A program made the translations under genes and the position numbers. Below, piece after piece: positions 38,651-49,190 of a stretch of 64,000 nucleotides of DNA. The DNA comes from Tricharina praecox. Taxonomy: Eukaryota. The first letter of the stretch is position 1, and every line of letters starts with the position of its first letter. A model generated the notes under the pieces. It saw only the letters and a program-made list of their open reading frames with translations, made no database searches and was not told the DNA's origin. The stretch is taken from NCBI RefSeq assembly GCF_024521635.1, contig NW_026250403.1, forward strand, positions 496,001-560,000, given 5' to 3'.

Positions 38651-38730
38651 GAACGGTCTAATCGTGTAACGAGTAGATACGTGAGCGGTCTAATCGTCCA
38701 ACGAGTACGTGAATGGTCTAATCGTGCAAA
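38651..38730. repeat. Degenerate 28-32 bp tandem repeat, 3 copies, core GGTCTAATCGT
   Basis: gaacggtctaatcgtgtaacgagtagatacgt / gagcggtctaatcgtccaacgagtacgt / gaatggtctaatcgtgcaaa. Confidence 0.8.
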
Positions 38731-39280
38731 TGGGGACGTGTGTGTATACCTAGTATTCTGCCGCTGGAGGTTGAGGGCGAGACGCTTCCGCAAACATGGT
38801 GCGCTTGGGACAGATAGTAGGAAGTGAAGCCGGCTTTCGGCTGCGAAATCTACGGTTCCAATAGAAATTACGCCAATCGCTGAGCTGGCAGGATACAGGA
38901 ACTCGGGGAGTGCCGTTTGCCGGTTTGTTTCTTGACGCGGTTTTGCCGTTACGGAGAAAGGCAAGGTCTCGTAATCCGGTTGAGCTCATCCCATCTCGTC
39001 TCTTTAAATAGATATCCGAGCGGGACGGTGTATCTCCGTATTGATAGGGCAGAAAGATTGGAAGCCGAGGAGGAAGTCGACCAACGCCAGGGGAAAATTC
39101 AGCCCACATCAAGGATATGCAGGCGACCGAGTTGTGACGGATGATCCTCCGAAAGCAGCGGTGCCCCACAGTGACCGAGTCGCTGGTGGCACAAGGTTGT
39201 TGCACAGACCACCCGTTTGACACGACTACCGCTAGTTCACGTGTACTGCTAGCGAGTAGCCGATTAAAAACACGCTACGC

Positions 39281-39486
39281 TTTCGCGTCTTCCAATCCCT
39301 TCATCTCAAGACCCGCTCCTCCTCCTATCTCAACCATCTTTCCTTCACCCACATCTCCAAATCTTTACCCGTACCTTGATTTCAATACCCGCTTCCTGCT
39401 TCTCCAATTCGACACATCCTTACCTTTCACACCTCGTGTAATCGTTTGCACTTTACGCGGTCTTCCTACGGTTCACCTTTACGCGT
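39281..39486 (+). promoter_or_regulatory. Candidate MCB-type (G1/S) elements upstream of DNMT5
   Basis: ACGCGT at 39481-39486 and TTTCGCGT (reverse complement ACGCGAAA) at 39281-39288, about 200 and 400 bp upstream of the ATG. These are short motifs and could occur by chance. Confidence 0.4.
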
Positions 39487-39684
39487 CCCAGACTCCCAGT
39501 TAGTCAGCAGGTTCTGCGACTCGACCCCTCGCCTCATTTGATAATCAACCCCGATATATCCAGCTTACTACCTGATTTCTAATCGGGCTCTTCACCTGCA
39601 CATCGAGTACGTTCCCCAAATCGCTATTCCCTTCCGCTCGTGAAGTCGCACTGACTGTTTTGTTGACGTCTCCTTCGGTAGAGA

Positions 39685-42600
39685 ATGGTTCAAACGAAAC
39701 TATCCTGGAGACCCAAGCCTAAGAAGTCCAAGTCTCCTGTGACTGGCAGCGACGACGATATCGTTATGACCGATTTACCTGAGAGCAGTCCCAGACCGAG
39801 AACACGAAGTGCCGCGAAGGGACGAACGGGGGGGGGTGGCGATGATGGGCGCGACCGCGGCCACGATACCCAAAACGATGATGCGGACGACGACGATATG
39901 GCCAAGGTTACGAATAAGACAAGGCTGCTGCTGGTGGCTGTAGAAGGTGAGGACAAAAATACTGCGTTATCATCTGCCCCCGGTTTCTTTTTCCCTTCGT
40001 CGTGAATTACCATCCCCCTTCGTATCTGCAGTTACTACTCATGTATCCTATCCTTCTACGTCAATCTACTAATCCATAGCATGTTATCATTCATTCGTTA
40101 TCTCCGCTTTGCGCATTTCCGATCATCTCCTTCCATTACCTTTTTGCTTCAGCTCGGAGTCATGGACTGACTTGATTCATAGTACCCAAGAAGCAACGCT
40201 CTCTCACGAACTATTTCTCTCCGAAATCATCAGGCGTCAATGTTGAGGTTCGGCCGGCACCCAAATCTCCTACTCGTCGGTCCAAAGGCAAAGGAAAGGC
40301 GGTGGCAGTGATCTCCAAGCCATCCACATCGAGGCGTCAGTCTCGGAAGAAAATCATTGTCGATTCTTCCGATGAACAGGAAGAAGATGAAGACAACGAT
40401 GATGATGATGATGATGATGAATACGTTGCTGACAAGGAGGTAGTGGAGAGCGAATTTGACGACGATGTCGAATCCGACCTTCAAGATGCGTCTGCCGAAT
40501 CAGACCTTCAAGATGGGACAGACGACGAAACCGGCGGTTCTCAGAATGAAATGCCGGCTAAGAAAGGCAAAGTCCAGACGTTGGCATCTCAGGGCGGCAA
40601 GAAGAAAAAGATGTCGTATACGTGCATTCCTAAGCCGTGTGGTATCAAGGTCGAGTCCAGGCTGGAGGATCAGCCCGGTGGTCTCCCGCCAGTATCCAAT
40701 CTGACTCTCATATTTGACGACATCATTTCGCGAGTTTTGCCATCCGTCGCCAAGTTGATGGGCCCCAATAAGCACAGGAAGTTGAGGGTCGCAACCATGT
40801 GTTCTGGAACGGAATCTCCTCTTTTGGCCCTCGGAATGTTCTCGAAAGCTATTAAGGAGAGAGGTATGGGGCATTTGGAAATCGAGCATGTCTTTTCGTG
40901 CGAGATTGAGCCGTACAAACAGGCGTATATCGAGAGGAATTTCAAGCCCCCCATCCTGTTCCGAGATATCAAGGAAATGGGAAACGAGTTCGCGTAAGTT
41001 CCTTCCCATCCCCTTCGCCTGTAATGCCATGCTGATTGACTGCAGTACGACGGCGTATGGTGCCATGGTCAAAGTACCTGGAGATGTGGACATTCTCATT
41101 GCGGGAACTTCCTGCGTGGACTTCTCCAACCTAAACAACAAACAGAAGTCTTTGGAAGAAGGCGGTGAATCCGGCGACACATTCTTGGGGATGATGCGCT
41201 GGGTTGACAAGCATCGGCCTCTCATCGTCATTCAAGAGAACGTTTGTGGTGCTGCATGGGGTGACATGAGGGAGTTCTACCACAGGTGTGACTACGATGC
41301 CGAGTATACCCGGTTCGACTCCAAAAAATACTACATCCCGCACACTCGCATGCGTGGGTACATGTTTGCGGTCAATGTACAAGGTCTCAGCATCCCCAAT
41401 AAATGGATTGATGCTGTCAAGAAGATGGAGCGCAGGTGCACAACAACCTTGGAAGCGTTTATGCTTCCAGACGACGATCCAAGGGTGTACAAAGCTCGGA
41501 TGCAACTTGCCGGTGATCCTCGTCGTACTGGCCCAATCAAGGCCCGTACTGTCGATTGGGAGAAGTGTGAGGGCCGACATCAGCGAGAACGTATCACGAA
41601 AAAGCTCGGTGATCAGCGGCCAGTAACTGCGTGGCAGGAGGGTGGAGTCTGCAAAACCCTCGATTTCATGTGGCAGGATTGGGGGAGGAAGCAGGTCGAA
41701 CGTGTCCTAGACCTAATGGACATCAATTTCCTCCTTTCCGTCCGGGATGGGTATGATCCGATGTACAAAGCGTCAGTTATCTCACCCTTCTTTCCAGAAA
41801 ACCGCTAACCTTGACCACAGAGCCTTCTGGAATCTGTCTCAAAATGTCGACCGCAACACAATGGGTGGTAAACCGGATGGGATCTCCCCATGCTTGACTC
41901 CACACATGATCGCCTACCTCTGCTACCGTGGTGGACCAATGACCGGAATCGAGGCATTGCACATGCAAGGGCTGCCTATTGACGAGCTGCTTCTTACCCG
42001 TGAAACGTCGCAGCAAATCCAGGACCTCGCAGGCAATGCGATGTCATCGACGGTTGTGGGTACGGCCATACTGTGCGCGTTGATTTTGTCGATGGAACAT
42101 TTGCAAGACCGTTCATCTGACGAGGATGCAATGGCTCTTGATGAGCCCTCGGAAATCAATAACCCCATCGTTGGTGAGGACGAGCTGGAAGAGTCCGCCA
42201 TGGATCTTTCCACAACAGATGCGCTCGAGCTGCGCGATCTCCTTGTGGACGCCGAGAAGTCGAGGCGCGTGTGTGTTTGCGAAGGACGATTTTCAATTAC
42301 CACCAATAAGATCCGTCTTTGTACAGAGTGCGGGTTTACGGCATGCGATAAGTGTGGTGGTCGTCCCAGTCATGAAGTCCCCGAAAATCAAGATCCGATC
42401 GAAAACCGTCTCCAGCCGTTGGAGTTTGAGGCAAAGCTCAAGAGCATCCTATCGATGCGTCTTCGGTTGACAGGTATCGATGATGCGACGTTTCAAAAAC
42501 TGAAGCCCGAGGACGACTCAATTCGCGACCTTGACTGGAAGATCTGGTCCGAGCTAGCCGTTGCAGCTTTCAAAGGAGAGTTCAGGTTCAAGAATCTACT

Positions 42601-45600
42601 TCGTCAGGAGACGTGGACAGTGACATACGATGCTCCAGATGCGCGTCTCGAGCTTATTCTGAACACCAAGAAGCCCGAGTGGCGCATCTTCGCGAAGTGC
42701 CCAATGACGGAAGGCATCACGAGCGAAAAGCGCCGCCTCTCCGCACGCCCGATCGCCCGAATGCTAGTGCACGGCCAGGCTGGCAAGGGTGCATTAGAAG
42801 GTCAGTGGGAATTGTGTCTTCCGGCTTTCCCGCGATTCGACATTTTGGTTCAAGGCATCGATGCAAAGGTCCCATCCTGGCAGAGCACTCTTGGATACAC
42901 GGACAGTGCGACGATGACTAGTGAAGTTTACGGTCGTCTTCGATTTACTGTACCCGACGAGCACAAGGCGAAGTTTGATCAGGATATTTCCGGCGAGTAC
43001 AAGCTCTTGCAAAATTGCGGGACTGCATTGGGTTCTCTCCACAAGAGAATTGACGATGATGGTGCGGTTCCGTTGTTTTGCTTCATTGATCAGAAGAGAA
43101 CTGGGGATGGGTCGAACGACTCGTTTGTGTTTGCATCTGATCATCGTCGACTCGGGTACGGAGAGTACCGACCTCTGACCGCCTACCTTGCTCCTACCTG
43201 GAGACAACGGGACGCAACGGCAGAACCCCGCAAAGTTGCGACCCTCATTGACGGTCAGTGGGTTCCCGTCAAAGCTCGGTTGGGTCCGCCTCCGGTCTCG
43301 CAATCCGCTAAGGACGGAATCTTGTCGGTGCCGGGGCCGGATGGCTTGAACTTCCAGATTTCCAAGGAAGACTGCGGCTCGGCACGGACCGTATTGCAGT
43401 GCAAGGTGCCACTCCGTGGTCAGGTTGAAGCCATATGGCCGAGAGGGAAATGGATTGAAGTGGACTCCATTCACGAACGTGCGACATACGAATCCCTTGC
43501 TTGGCTTACCGAGCGGGTGCGATCACTCAAGCAATTGGAACAGTGGACAACTCTGGAACTTCCCGAATGCGGTCTTGACGGCTGCAATCGTTGCGCTCCA
43601 CCGCATCCACAGCTCAAGTGGTTGTTTGTGAAGAACAAATTTAAACCCTTTGAGGATCCGCAACAGGCTGCACCGTACGAGCGAGCCTTAAAGGCACGCC
43701 CTTCCCCTTTCGTGACCCATGTCAAGCTTGACGACGGAGGCGCCGGAGTTCTCAAGATTGGGCTCAATGTGGCTACCCTAGTTCATCGAGCACTGTTTAG
43801 GATGCCAGCTGAAGTTCGTGGAGCACCTCTCCTCAGCTGGAGGCTTGTGACCGACTACATTCCGGAACCGAGGCTCCTGTTGCCATTTTACTCCCTGGCT
43901 TCCAACAAGAATGATGTGGAAGCAGAACAACCGCCAAACTTTATCACTCCATTGCGCCCAGAGCAGCTTAGATCGCTGTCTTGGATGAAAGAGCAGGAGA
44001 AAGAAGATGTCATTCCGTTCATGGAGGAAGAGGTTGCAGAAGTTTTGCTGCCTCACCTCAACTGGCGAGCGGAAGGCAAGGCGGAGCGTCCGAATTACGT
44101 CTGGGGTGGTGTCCTGGCAGATGAAGTTGGTTATGGCAAGACAGCCATCACCCTCGGTCTCATCGATTCCACACATCATAGCATCAAGCTTCCCGACAAG
44201 ATGCCCGGAGCCATCCCAATCAAGGCGACATTAGTGGTCATTCCTAGCCATCTCGCCGGGCAGTGGACAGATGAGATCAAAAAGTTCACGGGTACCCGAT
44301 ACAAGGTTATCAAGATCCTATCACAGGCAGATCTCAACAAGGTGAGTGTCAAGGAGATGATGCAGGCCGACATCGTGGTTGCTAGTGCGCCCATCTTCCA
44401 GTCGGACAAGTACATTTCGAACTTGGCGCTATTTGCTGGTACTGCGACTGCCGCAGCTGGCCAAGGAAGACGTTTTTTCGAATGGCAGAGGCAGGCTTTG
44501 GTCGATCTGGCTGTTCAGGTTGATCACATTCGTGAGATGGGTGCGGCAGGTGCTTGGGCGAGGATTGACGAAGCAAGCCGTCGCTTGGGCCGGGAAGCGA
44601 ATGAACCTGCCGAGGTGTTCGTGCAAAAAAAGCGTTTGACTGGATCTGCATATGCCAAATCCAAGGAGCAAACGGGATCGAAGCGGATGAGAAGCACTGA
44701 TGACGACGATAGTGACGTGGATTCAGTGTCTGAGGAGGGCACGTCGTCTGATCGAGCCAAAAAATCACGCCAGAGCATGATCGGCCGGGACCCCTGGAAA
44801 CTAAAGAACCACCTCGTTCAAAAAGATTGGACCCGAATGGTGACACCTCCTTTCGAGATGTTCCAATTCAACCGCTTGGTCGTCGATGAGTTCACCTATT
44901 ACAATGGGCAGATTCACGCCGGTATCATCAGCTTGAAGGCTCGATATCGTTGGGTCCTTTCTGGTACTCCCCCGCTTGACGACTTTGAAGATGTCAAGAC
45001 CATAGCCGCTTTTCTTAACATACACCTGGGAATCGAGGACGATCAAGTCGGAAAAGATCAGAATAAAAAGCGAATTCAGAAGGACATGACTGGTAAGAGC
45101 GGCCTCGCCCAGTGATATTGCTGATGCTAATTCAACTAGTTGTGGAACTATTCACGAATTTTAGAGAGATTCATTCACCGTATTGGCATACTCGGAGACA
45201 ACAAGTTGCCCAGGCGTTCCTCAATCAGTTCGTGCGTCAAAACTACGCCGAGATCGACGAGATTCCTTACCAGGAGTTCATTGTTCCGGTTAAGCTACCC
45301 GCTGCGGAGAGAGCCATCTACCTCGAGCTTGAGCACTACCTTCAAGCGTTGGACTATAATCTCAAGCGGTCCAAGCACAAGATGGACAACGATCGGGACC
45401 GTCGTCAACAGGAAGCGCTAGGTGATTCCGAAACGGCAGAAGAAGCCTTGATCAAACGTTGCTCGCACTTTGATCTTGACGGATCTCGGAGCAACGAAGA
45501 TAATGCCGTTCAGGCGTGTGATGTCATTGTCGAGGAGCGCAAGAAGCAACTTCACAGCTGTTGTGAGGACATCCGCCGCTCTCTCAAGGATGCCCTGACG

Positions 45601-46841
45601 AGATACAAGCAAATTTCGTCTAAGGAATGGCAGGCGGACACTGGAGCCCGATCGAACGACAAGCGCCCCAAGAACCTCTTCATGGAGTTTGTTGAGCAGT
45701 GTCGTACTGGCGGTGTTGGAGATCCTGACGCCAACCACGATATCAAAGCCCTTCTTGAAGAGGCATTTGCTGCTCCGAAATCCTTCAAGGTGGTCTATGC
45801 GGATGGCTCTGTCGCTGATCCGAAGATCTCCGCGAAGGAACCACCATCGGCTTCGAACAAAAAAGGCAAGAAGGCAAAAGTCAAAGTTGATGAAGCAGTG
45901 GATGAAACCCCTCTGGACACGCTGGAACGGATTGAGCAACTCAAGAGCAAGGTCATCTATCTTCGTGGGCTGGCCAGGAAGGAGCTAGCTGGTCGCCATC
46001 GATCTTTGCGATACTTCACTGTTGTCCGTGACCTTCAGAAGTCGGCCTTGCCGGGCGGCGCCGTCGTTCAAGTCACATGCCCTGGTTGTAAACGATCGGA
46101 CCTGGAACTTTCAGAAATCGCCGTCCTCTCGTCGTGCGGTCACAAAGGATGTTACGATTGCCTTCGCGAAGCCGCGCGCCTCACCCAGTGTTTGACGGAG
46201 GGCTGTCAAGCTGCCACTCGTGCATTGGCGGTTGTCAAGGCCGACTCTCTAGGCGCAGAGGACAAGCGCGACGGAATCGGACGCCACCACGGCAAGAAGC
46301 TCGAGAAAATCGTCGAATTGATCAAGAACCACATTCCAAAGAATGAAAAAGTTTTGTTGTTCATCCAATTCGGCGACCTCATGACCCGCGCTCAGAAGAT
46401 CCTGACCGCCAGTGGCATCAAGTGGGCAAGGATTGAGGGAAATTCCAAGAAGAAGTCGACTACTGTCCAGGATTTCCAGAACGACCAGGGAGAAAATAGC
46501 GCCAAGGTTATGATTCTGAACGTGACTGCCGAGAGCTCCTCCGGCTCGTAAGTATAACTGGGTTTTCTCTCATGATTGATGACACAGCTAACATTGTTAC
46601 TAGGAACTTCACTGTTGCGAACCACGCCATCTTCCTGTCGCCACTTTTGACTACGACTGATTACGAGTATCAATCGTCGGAGACACAGGCGATCGGACGT
46701 ATTCGCCGCTACGGGCAGACTCGCAAGGTTCACATCTGGCGCTTCATGTCTGAAGACACGATGGACGTCGAAATCTACGAGGGCAGGACTGGCGAGAAGC
46801 GCGACAGCGATTCCTTCAAGGCCAAGATTTACGAGGTATGA
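39685..46841 (+). CDS. DNMT5: DNMT5: C5-cytosine DNA methyltransferase fused to a SNF2 ATPase with RING insert; exons 39685-39946, 40183-40993, 41046-41771, 41821-45092, 45140-46547, 46604-46841; about 2238 aa
   Basis: Methyltransferase motifs ATMCSGTE (I), FSCEIEPYK (II), AGTSCVDFS (IV), IQENV (VI), PHTRMRGY (VIII), DLAGNAMS (X). SNF2 motifs GGVLADEVGYGKT, VVDEF, LSGTP, ETQAIGRIRRYGQ. RING CPGC...SCGHKGCYDC...C...C. All five introns keep the frame; exon 1 is the least certain. Confidence 0.95.
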
Positions 46842-47885
46842 TTTTGAAAACGAAGGGTTAGATGGGGGCGGTTTCTTTTGTTTGGGGGGAGTCCTTTTTT
46901 CTTTCTTACGAGTACGATTCATTCAGTTTTCATTTGGTAACTTTTTACATGTACGCGTTTTCTGGTTACTTAGACTAGGTAGCTCGTGTTCAAATAAGCC
47001 AGCGGGTGGAGTTCTGTCTGTCTGTTTTTTTGATTGCATTCTTTTTATACCTGTGGGTGTTTTTTGGAGCGGTTAAGCTATGGTGTATGATTGTACATAT
47101 TGGTTTGTTTGGACTTTTGGGTCAGTACATTGTAGATGATACCGTTTGTTTGAGCGTGCGGTATTTCTGGTGTTTTGGTCGGATGGTGGTGGTGGTGGTG
47201 GTAGACTGTGGTGGTGGTGGTGGTAGACTGTAGTGGTGCGGTGGTGAATAGAAGGATTCGCGGTGGCACCACCCGTAATACCCCTCCTATTATTCGGTCG
47301 TTTCAAGTGGTTGACGGTTGACCTGCTGCGCACACCACACGGGTCTACGATTACCCATCCGCCCGATTACCTACTTATCTACCCGTGTTTTCCCCCTCCA
47401 ATGCCAGCGCGGCGGCGGTAGGCTTACGGTCGAGAAGCTCGTTCTTAAGACTTGACTCTTGGGGGACGTTGGAAATTGGAAGTCCGGACGGAACGCTTGA
47501 ATCGATCCTGCAGCGATGTGCTCGCCACTGGACCGCTGGGCCGCTGGCCGTTGGTTTGAATTTCGAATCTTACAAACAACAGATAACAGACAACAGACAA
47601 CAGAGGATGCGAATCTACTCTATCTGAGTCTACCCTCTCCTAGCCGTGAAGTCACAATCACCACGAATCATTCGTCACGAAACAAGTCAAGTCCGTGTAT
47701 TTCATCATACATGGAAGTAAAAACGATCATCTCAGTTCATTTCATTTCATTCGCTATGTCCGTCATGTCATGTCCGCCTCCTCCACCGTGCACGACAAGT
47801 AGCGTAGGTATATAGAGTACAAACACGAACCAATCCACCAATTATCCAATCATCCCTTGCGTCTCAACAATCTCAAGGCTCAAGC

Positions 47886-48962
47886 CTACGCCTTCCAATC
47901 CCTCCTCATGACAGTCCTCACCGCCAACTTGGTCACGGTAGTGACACCGCCCGAAGCCGTCGCTGTGCATGGGGGCTGCGACAACGTGGGCCACTGCGTG
48001 GTCTTCCCGCCGGTGCACGCGGGGTTGAACATGCAGTAGGTGTACTCGCCGCCGCAGGTATTGGGGTAGCCGGTGCAGATCTTATCGCAGGAGGTGGTGA
48101 TGGAGGGGTTTGGGGTGGGAGTGGGAGTGCACGCCGGCAGCGAGAACGTTGGCCACTGCGTCGTCGTGCCGCCGGTGCACGCCGGGTCGGCCATGCAGTA
48201 GTTGTACAAGCCGCCGCAGGTATTGGGGTAGCCGGTGCAGATGCTATCGCAGGAGGCTGAGGAGGAGGCGGGGGTGGGGGTTGGGCTGGGCGTGCATGGT
48301 GGAGTGCTGAAGGTGGGCGATATACCGCCGTTGCAGCGCGGGTTCTCGAAACACCCGCCGTACCGGTAGCCGCATGGGTTCAGGTAGTCGACGCAGATGG
48401 TGCCGCAGGGCTCGCTGACTGTGGTGCTGGCGCTGGGTGTACAGGATGGCGTGGTGAACGTCGGCTTGATCCCGCCGTTGCATTGCGGGTCCTCGTAGCA
48501 GCCACCGTATTTCATCCCGCAGGTGTTGATGGCGTCCACGCAGATGGTGCGGCACGGCTCCGTGGTGGTGCTGCTGGTGTTGGTGCATGGTGGTGGGGTG
48601 AACGTGGGCCACGCGGTGCCGCCGGTGCACTTCGGGTCCGGGAAACAGCCTCCGTACATCGAGCCGCAGTCGTTGATGTAGTCCGCACAGATGGTTGGGC
48701 ATGGCGTGGTGGACGGGAGGATCTCGGTGATCGTTGTCGAGTTGCACGCCGGAGCGGTGAACGTGGGCCAGGCGGTGCCGCCGGTACACTTCGGATCAGC
48801 GAAGCAGCCGCCATAGGTAGAACCACACTCGTTGATGTAGTCAGCGCAGATGCTCTGGCACGAGGCGGTCATCGTGGTGATGGTGGACGGCTTGGCCTTG
48901 GTCTTGGAGGAGACGACGGCCGCGGCAGCAAAGCCGGCCGATGCGAAGAGCAGGAGAAGCAT
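47886..48962 (-). CDS. Secreted cysteine-rich protein with six copies of a ~39-aa 6-Cys module; 358 aa, intronless
   Basis: Signal peptide MLLLLFASAGFAAA. Module consensus CxxICxDxxNxCGxxYGGCxxxPxCxGG...PTFxxPxC, separated by Thr/Ser/Pro linkers. Strong GC3 codon bias. Confidence 0.9.
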   Translation of the reverse strand: MLLLLFASAGFAAAAVVSSKTKAKPSTITTMTASCQSICADYINECGSTYGGCFADPKCTGGTAWPTFTAPACNSTTITEILPSTTPCPTICADYINDCGSMYGGCFPDPKCTGGTAWPTFTPPPCTNTSSTTTEPCRTICVDAINTCGMKYGGCYEDPQCNGGIKPTFTTPSCTPSASTTVSEPCGTICVDYLNPCGYRYGGCFENPRCNGGISPTFSTPPCTPSPTPTPASSSASCDSICTGYPNTCGGLYNYCMADPACTGGTTTQWPTFSLPACTPTPTPNPSITTSCDKICTGYPNTCGGEYTYCMFNPACTGGKTTQWPTLSQPPCTATASGGVTTVTKLAVRTVMRRDWKA

Positions 48963-49090
48963 GTTTGGAGATGGGCCTCTGGGTATGAATCTGAGCGAGT
49001 GAGGAGCGGGTGATGATCAGTATGTACCGAAGGCTCCAATGTTCTAGTCACCGTGATGCTGCAGATGCAAGATGCATATGGCAGACCCTC

Positions 49091-49096
49091 TTTATA
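49091..49096 (-). promoter_or_regulatory. Putative TATA box (TATAAA) for the six-module secreted protein gene
   Basis: TATAAA on the minus strand about 130 bp upstream of the ATG. Confidence 0.45.
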
Positions 49097-49140
49097 CGCC
49101 GCCAACATACATGACCCAGTACCGCAACAGCACAATATGC

Positions 49141-49190
49141 ATCTCGGACCACCGCGGACCATCGCGGACCATCGCGGACCATCGCGGAAA
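49141..49190. repeat. 10-bp tandem repeat (ATCGCGGACC), about 5 copies, just upstream of the putative TATA box
   Basis: atctcggacc accgcggacc atcgcggacc atcgcggacc atcgcggaaa. Confidence 0.9.

Noticed and set aside
38651-38730. Spaced direct repeats superficially like a CRISPR array
   Set aside because: Eukaryotic context, only an 11-bp core, spacers similar to each other, and no cas genes.
7056-46841. JmjC and DNMT5 as an epigenetic gene cluster
   Set aside because: They are about 30 kb apart with unrelated genes between; proximity alone is not evidence without synteny data.
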